Part shown: in pieces, positions 30,934 to 41,518 of the stretch | How positions within the stretch are numbered: position 1 is the first letter of the stretch | How the letters are laid out: each line of letters begins with the position of its first letter | From: Paramoeba atlantica | Taxonomy: Eukaryota > Protista > Discosea | Length of the DNA: 64,000 nucleotides | Assembly (NCBI GenBank): GCA_977017575.1 | Contig: CDRNVI010000075.1 | Location: 54,201-118,200, forward strand | Direction of reading: 5' to 3' | The notes under the pieces: model-generated | Databases searched by the model: none | What the model was told of the DNA's origin: nothing | What the model saw: the letters and a program-made list of their open reading frames with translations, nothing else | Position numbers and translations under genes: made by a program

Positions 30934-31290
30934 TTACAACCGAAGTCCTCCCATCCATTTCTCTGCCGGGATGTAGTCTCTGAGTTGAGATACTATCGTG
31001 TAAGCTGACATCTTCTCAATCTCGAGTTGGAACGCATTGCGCACGTTATCATAGTTCAGCTTCGCTCTTTGTGAGAGAGCCTTTAATAGGGCCTTTGTAT
31101 CAACATGTAGCAGGCCGCAATCTGTTGCGGCCAGACATTTGAATGAATGTCGACGCCTTTCTCAACCACATATTTCTTGTACTTTCTGTCGGCGACCTCT
31201 CTGACTTCCGCTAGCGTCCGCAAGTGCTGAGAGCAGGGATTGCGTGTTCGTGTGCATCGCGCCTCCTGACAGGATGGGGATACATTGACC
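30934..31290 (-). pseudogene. Two abutting CRE 3' fragments (B-type ILSGGAMH, then A-type FQLEIEKMSAY...GGLRL*)
   Basis: Hand translation of the minus strand. Confidence 0.75.
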
Positions 31291-31902
31291 TCTTTAATAA
31301 TTTTTTTTTTTCTTTCGGAGGAGGAGTGGTCTCCAACAAAGCGGATATATCTCTTTTTTTTTTTGTAATTTTTTCGCCATAGGAAAAAGGTAGTAAACTG
31401 TATTGAAATAAACTGTATCTCAATCATTTAATGTTTGGTTGTAATCTGATAGTGATCTTTGTTGCTATTACAATAGATTTCAAAATATCTGCATAATCAT
31501 CGAGTATGATGCGCGCTGTCTAAACTAAAAACACCATGAACTAACGACTGGGAAGTCTGCACACGGTGTGGGGAGGCGGGTGGGGAAAATTTTTAAACTA
31601 TGAGTAGTGAAAAAAGGCCAATCTCAATCAATTGAATTTTTAAATTATGACTGTCTCCAAAATAACCTTCTATGTACATTTTCTCATTCGATACAATGGT
31701 CTTCAAAATTACTTTCGCATGCTTTCATAATTTTTTCGCCATAGGAAAAAGGTAGTAAACTGTATTGAAATAAACTGTATCTCAATCATTTAATGTTTGG
31801 TTGTAATCTGATAGTGATCTTTGTTGCTATTACAATAGATTTCAAAATATCTGCATAATCATCGAGTATGATGCGCGCTGTCTAAACTAAAAACACCATG
31901 AA

Positions 31903-34749
31903 CTAACGACTGGGAAGTCTGCACCCTCCCCGTCGCCAGTCTCCCTTGGACACATTAACCATACCGTCCTTTCGCCAAGTTCCGTAGCGGTTCCTGCTCC
32001 AAGGGTCAGCTAAGTTCGCATTCGTTTCAACATAGTGTGCCGCTATTTTTATTCCTCGGATGTTGATGAAATTTAAAATTCGAATAAGAACTGTGGATAT
32101 ATTATATGAATCCGACCACTGCTTTGCAATCGCGTATTTGACACTCGTATTGTCCACACATAATCGAATGTTTTTCCAACGTGCCCAATGATCTTTAAAA
32201 GTAATCAAAGCCTTTTCAATGGCTGTAGCCTCTGCATAATTGATTTCCATATCCGATTCCCAAGGTGCACCACCACCATAAACGGCTCCATCCGGACAAA
32301 TGAGAACAGCACCCCATCCGTCTAGCGATGCATCAGTGAACAGCACTGCCTCAGGTATATCAATTCTCCTAGGCTGATGTTGCCATTTGTTCAACCGAAT
32401 TTCTTGTATCCATTTCTTAAGAAGATGGCAAACAGTTGGGGGCATGTTAATGTGATCCGTATCTCGAATTTTGCCCTTGTTCAGCTTGCTAACTTGTCGG
32501 CGGACAAATTTTATTGTCCAATAATACTTGGGTATCAAGACTTGTAGAATTCCAGATGCGTACAATAGGCGTGCACATAGAGATTCCAATTGGTGCATTG
32601 GCATTACATCAGGAATGTCATGTGGAATTTTGTTCACGAACAGTTCAGCGAGTCTGAAGCACTGAGTATCATGATCATAGCTTACACCCAAAAAGTCATA
32701 CTTTGGGCCACAATATGACTCTTCTTCCTTGAAGGTAGCGTTTAATTTTTTTGCCCGAGTTTCCAACCAATTTTCATATAATTTGCATTGATGTTGAGCT
32801 CCAGTGTAACGTATTCCGTCGATATAGATATCTATATTGCCATTCTTCAGTGAACTTTCTGTCATGATAGAGTCTTTCGTATATTTCGGATCACCTGCTA
32901 CCACTCCTGTTAAAATTTGCTGTATTTCAGGGGCGCAACAATGGCCCATCGGCATGCGAGTTAGTTGATATGTAGCGTCTCCATATCGAAAACGATAGAA
33001 ACACTTAGAATGTTGTGGTAACGCAACCTGATAAAAACTTGATTTTAAATCTCTCTTTACTGCACATGATGAACGAACACTTTCAGCGTATGATCCCGGT
33101 TGATCTATTGGAACGTGGGCTACGTGAGTATTTTGCAAAATAGCGTTTTGATGCTTGGGCCAACATATAAAACGGCGTCTTTTTACTCCGTTCCTCTCTT
33201 CGACCACGGTAGATGGTAATACCTTGCCTTTCGTAGGATTGCTTCGTAACTCTTCATAACTGACACGCTCGATGATGCCATTTTCAGATAGCTGCTTAAT
33301 ATCTGTATGCGATAAGGATCCGTTGGAGCGAGGTAGAATTCCAATATTATTCAAAATAGGGAAATGTGGCATCGTTATGTTTTTCCATACGTCTGTAAAC
33401 CTTGTTCCCACTTCAGGCTTCATATGTTGTATTGCCGTTGAAAGGTCAATTGGTTGCACTTTGGGGGCGTGTAACGGGATGTTGAATTGTTCTGGAGTAG
33501 CCATACTAGATTTCCGAATTGTGCGTGTCCAGATAACTTTTTTCCTAGGCGCAACGTCTTTCTGCTGTGTATCCCAATACGACATTAAGTTCTTCTTGCT
33601 GTTTAAAGGAAACGTGTCACCCATTGTGTTCCTAAGGCGCGTGCCGTCGTTTCCGATCTTCCGGAGTATCGGAGTAGAGTGGTTACGTTCTTGTGGTTTG
33701 CGAGGTTCATTACTTCTTCCAATGTTAGTTTCTTCAGTGCCACTTGTTTCATCAGGGAGTGCACGGCTCCGTGCTTCATCGAATGTGAGGAATACCCCGG
33801 ACCCAGATGCTTTCTGAGAAAACTCGCTACCTTTTGAGTGCTTGCCTGAGAGATTTTTTGATTGGGTTTCAATTTGCGAAGATGGGTGTATATCAGATGG
33901 GTATACGCACCTTCGATTACCACAAAACAATCTGGGCGAAAAGGTTGCATCTTTGTAGTTTTTGTTTTGTTTCCCATATGTAGAACAATGCTTGTAGGGT
34001 TCAGGTGAATTACATCCTTTCTTTGTAACTTGCAAATATCGCCTATTCGGGAGGCTGTCTTGTACGCCAACAGAACAGCTATGAACATGTCTGTGGGCAT
34101 CAGTCGGCTCAACTCGTTTATGTGATATTTGTTTACAGGTTTCGCTTGGTGAGTCGGAATAGTGGCTCCCGTGCGTAAAAGAGTGTTGCAATACATCCTT
34201 ATAAGTTCGAAATTTTGTCCGGAGGCTTTCAGAAGGGCTTGCAAGTGCTTCCCGTATGTTAGCTTTGTCTGGTTTGTTACTGTCATTTGATTGAGAAATT
34301 CGATTGCTCCATCGCTGCAAAACTGAAATCTTTTCTCTTCCATTCGTCTTAAAAGGCGGGCTCTTGTTTTCCATGTGTTGACACTCCACATTTTCCGAAG
34401 GCAATTTCTGGTTATTGGCTGGATTATTCCTAAGAAATTCATTACATAATCTTCCTCCCTGATGTCGGAATTCTTCTTTTGTTGGCAGTTTATCTTGTTC
34501 TGACTTGTCACACTCTTTGTTTGGGGCAGATTTACTGATTTTGAATTTTGTTTTGTAATTTTTAGTTCCATCAAATTTTTCGTTCTGTATTCCCTTTTTG
34601 AAAGTATCATGTTCGACTGACTTTTTGCACGGGGGCAGACTCCTGTGAGTCAATTGCTCCGGCCAGTGGACAAGGGATGCCACCAAGCAAAGCGAGCCCG
34701 CTTGCACGGTTAGAATTAAAAACGCAATTCTTTCCTCCAGCTTTTTCAA
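31903..34749 (-). CDS. RT/RNase H polyprotein, uninterrupted (948 codons; true start uncertain)
   Basis: KRDLKSSFYQ, RMPMGH, IYIDG, LFTDASLDGWG, INYAEA, CVDNT, NLADPWSR. Confidence 0.9.
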   Translation of the reverse strand: MKKLEERIAFLILTVQAGSLCLVASLVHWPEQLTHRSLPPCKKSVEHDTFKKGIQNEKFDGTKNYKTKFKISKSAPNKECDKSEQDKLPTKEEFRHQGGRLCNEFLRNNPANNQKLPSENVECQHMENKSPPFKTNGREKISVLQRWSNRISQSNDSNKPDKANIREALASPSESLRTKFRTYKDVLQHSFTHGSHYSDSPSETCKQISHKRVEPTDAHRHVHSCSVGVQDSLPNRRYLQVTKKGCNSPEPYKHCSTYGKQNKNYKDATFSPRLFCGNRRCVYPSDIHPSSQIETQSKNLSGKHSKGSEFSQKASGSGVFLTFDEARSRALPDETSGTEETNIGRSNEPRKPQERNHSTPILRKIGNDGTRLRNTMGDTFPLNSKKNLMSYWDTQQKDVAPRKKVIWTRTIRKSSMATPEQFNIPLHAPKVQPIDLSTAIQHMKPEVGTRFTDVWKNITMPHFPILNNIGILPRSNGSLSHTDIKQLSENGIIERVSYEELRSNPTKGKVLPSTVVEERNGVKRRRFICWPKHQNAILQNTHVAHVPIDQPGSYAESVRSSCAVKRDLKSSFYQVALPQHSKCFYRFRYGDATYQLTRMPMGHCCAPEIQQILTGVVAGDPKYTKDSIMTESSLKNGNIDIYIDGIRYTGAQHQCKLYENWLETRAKKLNATFKEEESYCGPKYDFLGVSYDHDTQCFRLAELFVNKIPHDIPDVMPMHQLESLCARLLYASGILQVLIPKYYWTIKFVRRQVSKLNKGKIRDTDHINMPPTVCHLLKKWIQEIRLNKWQHQPRRIDIPEAVLFTDASLDGWGAVLICPDGAVYGGGAPWESDMEINYAEATAIEKALITFKDHWARWKNIRLCVDNTSVKYAIAKQWSDSYNISTVLIRILNFINIRGIKIAAHYVETNANLADPWSRNRYGTWRKDGMVNVSKGDWRRGGCRLPSR
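33603..34610 (-). CDS. Tyrosine recombinase of YR element 2
   Basis: TASRI, SHSMKHGA (second catalytic R replaced by H), ANHK, LLRY. Confidence 0.88.
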   Translation of the reverse strand: MILSKREYRTKNLMELKITKQNSKSVNLPQTKSVTSQNKINCQQKKNSDIREEDYVMNFLGIIQPITRNCLRKMWSVNTWKTRARLLRRMEEKRFQFCSDGAIEFLNQMTVTNQTKLTYGKHLQALLKASGQNFELIRMYCNTLLRTGATIPTHQAKPVNKYHINELSRLMPTDMFIAVLLAYKTASRIGDICKLQRKDVIHLNPTSIVLHMGNKTKTTKMQPFRPDCFVVIEGAYTHLIYTHLRKLKPNQKISQASTQKVASFLRKHLGPGYSSHSMKHGAVHSLMKQVALKKLTLEEVMNLANHKNVTTLLRYSGRSETTARALGTQWVTRFL

Positions 34750-34919
34750 CCGACTAGCGAAACATTCTTTTTTTTAGTCGATCAATGATTTAGTCTTTTT
34801 TTTACGACTTTAACGTCTTGTTGTAGTATACAATGGCAGTATACAATGTTGCTGTATACTCAAAATAATAGTTTCACGTGTTTTCCGTTCCTTTATTTAT
34901 TCACATGTTACTCAAAAAA

Positions 34920-35200
34920 GCAAAACAGTAATAGCCGAATGCTGAAAGTAGCGAAAAAGTGACGACTCAAAGCAGCGAAACGGTGATAACCCAAAGCAGC
35001 GAAACAGTAACAACCAAGAGCTGAAAGCTGCGGAACAATAATCACCAAGCAGCAAAACAAAAATAACCAAAGGCTGAAACCTAACCAAGCAGCGAAACAG
35101 TAATCACCAAAGGCTGAAAGCAACGAAACATTATTAATCACCAAAGGCTGAAAGCAACGAAACATTATTAACGAAATGTTAAAAGCAGCGAAAATGTAAT
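34920..35200. repeat. Degenerate minisatellite in the CRE 3' UTR (AAAGCAGCGAAACAGTAA..CC-like units)
   Basis: About ten imperfect units read directly. Confidence 0.7.
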
Positions 35201-35214
35201 ATTCAGAGGAGTGT

Positions 35215-38200
35215 TTAAAGACGGAGTCCTCCTACCCATTTCTCGGTTTCTATATATTGGCGCAATTGAGAGACGACTGCATAGGCTGAATATTTTTCCA
35301 GTTCAAGTTGAAAAGCTTCTCGTACAATCTTGTAATCAACATCACTTCTTTTCGCCAATGTTTTCAGCAAAACCTTTCTCTTCATGTAGTACTCCACAAT
35401 CTGTCACAGCTATGCAGCGAAAGCATTCTGGATCAAGACCTTTTTCTTTGACATATTTTGCTATCTTCCGCTCTTCCGCACTCTGCAGCAGGGCATTGCT
35501 GCTCTGCTTTGCATAGCTGCTGCAGCACGTATGTACCACGGTAACGTCGTATAAAATTTCTCCAACATCTGGCCACATAATCGCTAGGTCTGGGCCAGAT
35601 CTAATTCGACGCGCTCGGCAAGGATGGTATTCCGCCGCTTCTGGGGAAATTGAGCACTTGCATTTGGTGCAAAAAAAGGACGCATGAATACGAGGTTCGA
35701 TCGCACATGGAAGACCAGCTTTGGAACACATTTCGGCAATATAGCGTACCAAATGAGAATGTTTTCTCGTGCAATTCATGCCAGCACATCGTGAACATCC
35801 CGCTACGTGTGGAATGATTTTGCTTGATGTTTCGATTGTTCCACATCCAGGGCATGTAATCTCGCCTGACACATTACTTAGAGCAATTCCTAGGCGCATC
35901 ATTAGAGTGTAACGAAAAAGATATGGATTTACGTAGTTGCACGTTGAATCTAAGTGATTGTTCGCCTCCTTCGTTCGCTTTATGATATTTTGGAATCTCG
36001 GTATTGCATTCAATTCTGCTGCTGTCTTCTCGTGTTCATTCTTCATGCTCTTTCTTAGCTGGGTGCGTGCAGCTTGTGAATTCGTTCGTGTGCTGTCGGC
36101 TTGTTTCTTGCCTCCCTTATCTACCGGAGCATTAATGGGTTTCGATCGCTCATCAATAGATTTTAGGGACGCTTCGAAAAAGTAGCGTTGCTTTAGAACG
36201 GTTGAGGTGATTCCTAGACCTCCCATTTTACATGGGAGGGCAGAGAGTTTAAGTGCTTCACTATCTGCACCACACCATTTCTTTAAGATCTCATGGATTT
36301 CCTCGTCGAACACCTGGGCAAGAAGAAACGAAGCTCCAGGTTTGTGGACTCGAAGGTGGTAATCATGACGGGGTATGGTACATCGCTTGAGAATCGCTAG
36401 TGACAAGTTGCTGGGACCCATAGCGCGAAGTCTTCGAAATAAACATTTATGTTTCCCTAACTTCTCCAAGAGCTTTCGTTCAACGGCTTTATTATGCCCG
36501 ATGTATGCTCCTAGGACCTTGATGGAATCCACACAGTCTTCCACCCCAAGTTCCTTGAGATCCATCCCTCGATTATTCGTTGAACTGTTGCCTTGGAATA
36601 CTTCGCATTTACGGGAATTAATTTCAAGATTCAGACCACTTGCTAGTTCTTTGAGGTGAAGGAACGCAACTTCCAAAGACGACTCATTTTTGGAGCTCAT
36701 CGTCACATCGTCCTGGTAGGCTCTGATAGTAACCTCTGGATAGAGCTTCGCAATTTCTTTCAAAGGACCTTGTAGCAGTGCGCAAAAATAAACCGAAGAG
36801 AGTGCTGATCCTTGACGGACCCCAGACGAGCTTTCGATCACGGAATGTAATGAGTCGTTGGCGAAAAATAAAAGTTCCGATGGTTGACCATATTCAAAAT
36901 AGAACATTCGCATAAAGTGTTTGAATACCGGGTATTGAAGGAGCGCTTCTTCTATTGCCGTACGTTGTGGCGTATTGTATGCATTCTTGAAGTCAATCGT
37001 CAAAATTGTGGCTCCAGCTTCATGCTCTTCCAAAAGTTCATGTACAATGGACTCACATGCATTCTTTTGTAATATGCCTCTTTGGATCGGTTGGAATATG
37101 TCTGACAAGGAGTTCGCATGGCGCTCAAGGAGGATACAACCGCAAATTTTTAGCAGCGTTTCCCCCATTGCAACCGGTCGTATTCCATTGTTCGGTTTTG
37201 CAAGGGCTATCATTCTGCATCGTGTTAATCTTACTCGGACACTTTTCGCAACTTCCCCATTTATGACGTCTCTCAGCATGTGGCAGAGTGAAAGGCAGGA
37301 TTCTTCGTCCTCCACTAAAATTCGCATCATGCTTTCACTCAGACCTGTCGGGCCAGGAGCTGCACCTTTTGACAATTTTTCAGTCGCTAGACGAAGTTCA
37401 GAAGGTTCCAATATCGCAATTCGCGGGAAGTCTCGATCAGAAGTTTGAGGTGTAGGGCCTTTGGGGTGTAGATCTCGAAGTTTGTCAACCTTTTCCCAGA
37501 GTGGAAGAGCAGAGTCCTTGTAAACATTGTCGAGTATGCGGGTAGCTTTTCCAAGATTTCCTGCCTTTGCTGCTTGCAATGCATTTCGAATTGATCGTTT
37601 GTCTACTTCTTGTACAAGTCGTTCTTCCTCGGTAATGTTCGTATCGATAGTTTCCCACTCACGTCTCCCTCGACGCTGTACGGAGCTCTGGCGCCGTAGG
37701 TAGTTTAGACGGATTGTGGCCAAAGAGTCCCGTGGTGTATCGAGGAGTTTGTGCCAGATAACAGTTCTTTCTGCTTCTGTCTGAGCCTTCGGGTACGCTT
37801 TAATAATGGAACGAAAAATCGCGATTACATGGACGGCAAACGTTGGATCAATTTGTGCCATCTTTGGCAGCGGTTCCAAATCAGATGTTCCGTCAATGCC
37901 TCGCTCCTCCTTGTTCTCTGAATTTCCAGTGTTTTCCATTGACACATCGACGCTTTTTACTTTATTTAGACACAGTGCCTTAATGGACCAAATTTTCACT
38001 TTTGCAGATGGAGGAAGGTAGATAAAACCAGAGGGTCCATTGTCTCCGTCGCTTGGCTTGTATTCCACCTTCAGCTTTACAATACCTTTTCGGACAGTCC
38101 TCTTCACCACTACTCCTTTTGAGGCATATTTCTGCTCTTTTTTGAATCCCCATCTCAGTTCGCACGTCGTTCCTTTGCCCCATTCATGGATAATGGTGTT

Positions 38201-38604
38201 GATGTGATCTGGAGCCTTCGGAAATTCTTCGTTTTTGCGTTGCCCCACTTCCCCATCCATCGACGTCACTTCCTCATCCACCGACATCACATCAGATTCT
38301 TCGCCTGTGGTATCATCGGAGGCGCCTTCGCAATCTTCAGGATGTTTGGATGAATCTCTCTCCTCATCGGAATCATTCTCGGACTCTTGTGAGGTCGGCC
38401 TTGCATCAGAAAATTTTATCCTTGGCCGTCGGTAGTCGCTATGTACCTCGTGGTCGGCCCAGTTCGGCGATAATTCCTTTGCACTCATAATAACTCTCAC
38501 ACGGGGGGTTTTCTTTGGCTTATCGAGCGTTGATCCCCTCTTCATAATTTGTTCGGCGTTTTGCGTGTTCATACGAGTAAAAATAAAACAACAAGGTACA
38601 GAAA
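35215..38604 (-). mobile_element. Near full-length CRE-like element (subfamily A) starting with an SL fragment
   Basis: 1076-aa ORF 38572-35342 with AYQDD, CPGC..HVAGCSRC, GPDLAI, YDVTVVH; a single frameshift near 35380 separates the last ~55 codons. Confidence 0.92.
38589..38604 (-). other. SL 3' fragment TTTCTGTACCTTGTTG, 16 nt upstream of the CRE ATG
   Basis: Exact match to the last 16 nt of the 36-mer. Confidence 0.75.
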
Positions 38605-39881
38605 GTGGACCCCCGTCCGTAGAAAACCGGGTTTAAGCCCCCCCGATTTACTGCCCTGAAATTCCGTGAATAAGGCCGTTGAATGTCCCTACCATAGTGA
38701 TTTTTTTGATTAGTTTCGGTTTGTGAATATGTTGCGGAAACATTCTGTTGTCCTGATCGGTATCCCCGCATTGGCGTGAAACCTCGTCCTCTGCCCCGGT
38801 TATAATTTACGCTTGTATTGATCAAATTCCCCAAGACGTCATCTGAATTTCGGTGGGCATTATAATGAGATTGCACATAACTAGTATCGGAGCCCTTTAA
38901 TGACCCCAGTTTAATGCGTAAACGATCAAGTGTCAACTGTCCAACTTCAAAATGTTTTTCTGAATCTTCAGCTTCATTCTGGCGATCTGCTGTTGCTCGC
39001 ATCCATTGTTTTAATAATTCCCACAGAAATTTCAATTCTTCATTCAGATAAATTGGCATTTGCAATGCTTCTTTCAGCCGATTTTCCAAAATATCTAGAG
39101 AGAACGGTTCACCAGAGTTTAGTATTCCAGACCAGGTTCGTACTTTCTGCCATTTAAATGAACTCTCTTCGAATTGACCACGAAGTTCGGATCCTGAGAT
39201 ATCTGAAGTTTCCTCATCTTTCGGAACCTTAGATACGATCTTAATATTGTTGTACATGACACCTTCCTCAGGTAAAGCGTACAGGCCCTGGCCATAGTCG
39301 ACTTGTAAAAAGGGTTTTCCATTTTCATCAATTCCGGGATAGGCTATTCCTTTCCACACTTGCAAAGCACTTGGACCTAATTCTTCATAGTACCACGAAA
39401 CATCCAGCTCGACGGTGTACTTGTCTAGAAGAGAAGTAACTTTGCAAAAAACTTTTTTCAACTCGTCGGGGCTCATACAATGATTCGGGTTCACTTGTTC
39501 GTGGTGGCGCACTTCACTAGTACCCGCATCAGAGGTTCCTATGCTTGACCCTTTTTGATTCTGACGGTCGTTCAACCTTTGGGTCACTTCCATCGTCATG
39601 GAGCGCAATATCTTCATTTCATTCCGTACTTCCGCATCACGTTTTCCAAACTCTTTTTGGAGATTTTCTTGCGCAGTTGAAACTTTCTTTACGTCCGTAC
39701 GAAATTCGGAAATCTGCTGTAATATTATCTGTAAAGTTTGATTAATGTTCGAATCTTCCCCCGTACCCACAGTAACGCTATCTCCACCACAAGGCTGAAC
39801 CATAACAGGTTCTTCAGAGAGCGGGCCCGACTCAGGTGCAGCTTGAGACGAATCCGCCAGTTGAGAACGTGTTGAAACCAT
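38605..39881 (-). pseudogene. gag-like ORF of YR element 2, cut at the C-terminus by the CRE insertion
   Basis: ATG at 39881 just inside A1; homologous to the 401-aa gag (KVRTW, LWELLKQWM, RGRGRG). Confidence 0.75.
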
Positions 39882-40164
39882 AAATTCGATCAATTGAATT
39901 TTTAAATTATGACTGTCTCCAAAATAACCTTCTATGTACATTTTCTCATTCGATACAATGGTCTTCAAAATTACTTTCGCATGCTTTCAATAATGCCGGA
40001 AAATCACCTTCAGCTTTAGAAGGGCATACAACCTTTTAGCTGCAACTTGCAGCCTTTAACTATTCTCAACATTCCCCAAACAACTTCAACTTTCCGCTCC
40101 TGCATGTCTCTCGTGTAAACCCCGAGGCTATGCACACGCCAGTTTTAGGTTTCGTGCGGTGAAG

Positions 40165-40445
40165 TCGAACTTCGTGGAATAAGGGCTCGAGCTGAATGGG
40201 GTTTTTGGGCGCTCGAGAGCCATTGCTCCGTTTCATTCTACTTTTCATGCATACGAAACTGGTGCGAAAAAGGCGAACTTCGTGGAATAAAGACCCGAGC
40301 TGAAAGGGGTTTTTGGGCGCTCGAGGGCCGTTGCTCCGTTTCATTCCACTTTTCACACATTCGAAACTGGTCCGAAAAATGCAAACTACGTGGAAGAGGG
40401 GCCCGAGCTGAATGGGGTTTTTGGGCGCTCGAGGGCCATTGGTCC
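40165..40445. repeat. 108-nt tandem repeat x~2.6
   Basis: AACT(T/A)CGTGGAA recurs at 40168, 40276 and 40384. Confidence 0.85.
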
Positions 40446-40609
40446 ATGTAGTCATCTTTTTCACCGATGCCAAGCCGGAGGGGTATAACCGAAGAAAGCA
40501 GCGATCAATCCATGCTCCTAAGCTACCTCCTGCACCTACGCTACCTCGGATGGGGCGCCAGCCCCCTTGTGACATTGAGATGTAAAACTTAGTAGAAATA
40601 CAACAAGGA

Positions 40610-40645
40610 CAACAAGGTACAGAAACTGTATCTTTATCGTTAAAG
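40610..40645 (-). other. SL-like 36-mer, independent context
   Basis: Identical 36-mer with flanks unrelated to the array copies; followed by a CCTTGTTG stutter, a short UTR and an ATG. Confidence 0.85.
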
Positions 40646-40690
40646 AAGTACATTGAAAGGAGCTTTCCGATATTTTTCCAGATTTCACGT

Positions 40691-41518
40691 ATGTGTCGTG
40701 TTTGGCCTCTCGAAACAGCTGGGCGCATTTCGTCGCAAGATTGGAGGGAGCGAGATCCGACTGCGGTATTACCGCGAACACAGACTATGACATCTCGAGT
40801 TCCACGTCCGGTGACTACTACTGACCATGGAGAACAGGGATTGCCAGGAGACCTTTCTGCTAGTGAAACGACGCCCCCCATTCTTGATCCCAATGCACTG
40901 GACCCGTACGAACCAATCACTTACGAACCATGGCTTCTAACATTGGATGAGGGTGGCTTTCGTACCCGAGACTTAATGCGCGAGTTGCGTGACGCTCCCG
41001 AGTTTGGATTAAGGGTCAATCAGTTCTTCCAGGATCGTTCTTTTGTGAAACAACAGGAGCGGAATTTTACGGGGATCTTTTGCAAGTGGATCGTATTGGC
41101 CCGTCAGACGCCCGGATGGAATCAGGGGGCTTTTATAGAAATGGGAAGAGCCATTGTTCAGATGCTTCGGGATGCATACTGGCGTGCACGTCGTGTTGAT
41201 GTAGAGTTGGTCCACGAAAAATTACAGAAGGAGGTTCGGCCGAACGATAAATTTTACCATCACGTAAGCGATCAGCTTGCTGAACGACAGAAGCACTATG
41301 CTCGCGCGTACACGACCTACACGGCGCAATCTACGGCAGCTCGTTCGTATCCTCAAGATTTGGGGTTTACCCGACCACCTACAACATTTCGCAGAGGAGG
41401 GCTTTGCTTCGGATGTCGCTCGCCTGACCACATGTGGCGGAACTGCCCAAAACGCTTCCAACAACCGGATTTTCGTTCAAGGGTGGCTGGCCCTGCGCAC
41501 AGCGGCAAGAACTTCTGA
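40691..41518 (+). CDS. gag-like ORF with CCHC knuckle, YR element 3 (partial element)
   Basis: CFGCRSPDHMWRNC; PW..DE.R.RDL.R.LR.APEFGL shared with the gags at 10786 and 58522. Confidence 0.85.
   Translation: MCRVWPLETAGRISSQDWRERDPTAVLPRTQTMTSRVPRPVTTTDHGEQGLPGDLSASETTPPILDPNALDPYEPITYEPWLLTLDEGGFRTRDLMRELRDAPEFGLRVNQFFQDRSFVKQQERNFTGIFCKWIVLARQTPGWNQGAFIEMGRAIVQMLRDAYWRARRVDVELVHEKLQKEVRPNDKFYHHVSDQLAERQKHYARAYTTYTAQSTAARSYPQDLGFTRPPTTFRRGGLCFGCRSPDHMWRNCPKRFQQPDFRSRVAGPAHSGKNF

Larger units (their letters stand above)
31366..39989 (-). mobile_element. YR retrotransposon 2 (A1-gag-[CRE insertion]-YR-RT/RH-B1-A2-B2)
   Basis: A1 39889-39989 = A2 31627-31727 (101 nt); B1 31728-31924 = B2 31366-31562 (197 nt); linker 31563-31626. 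Confidence 0.85.
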
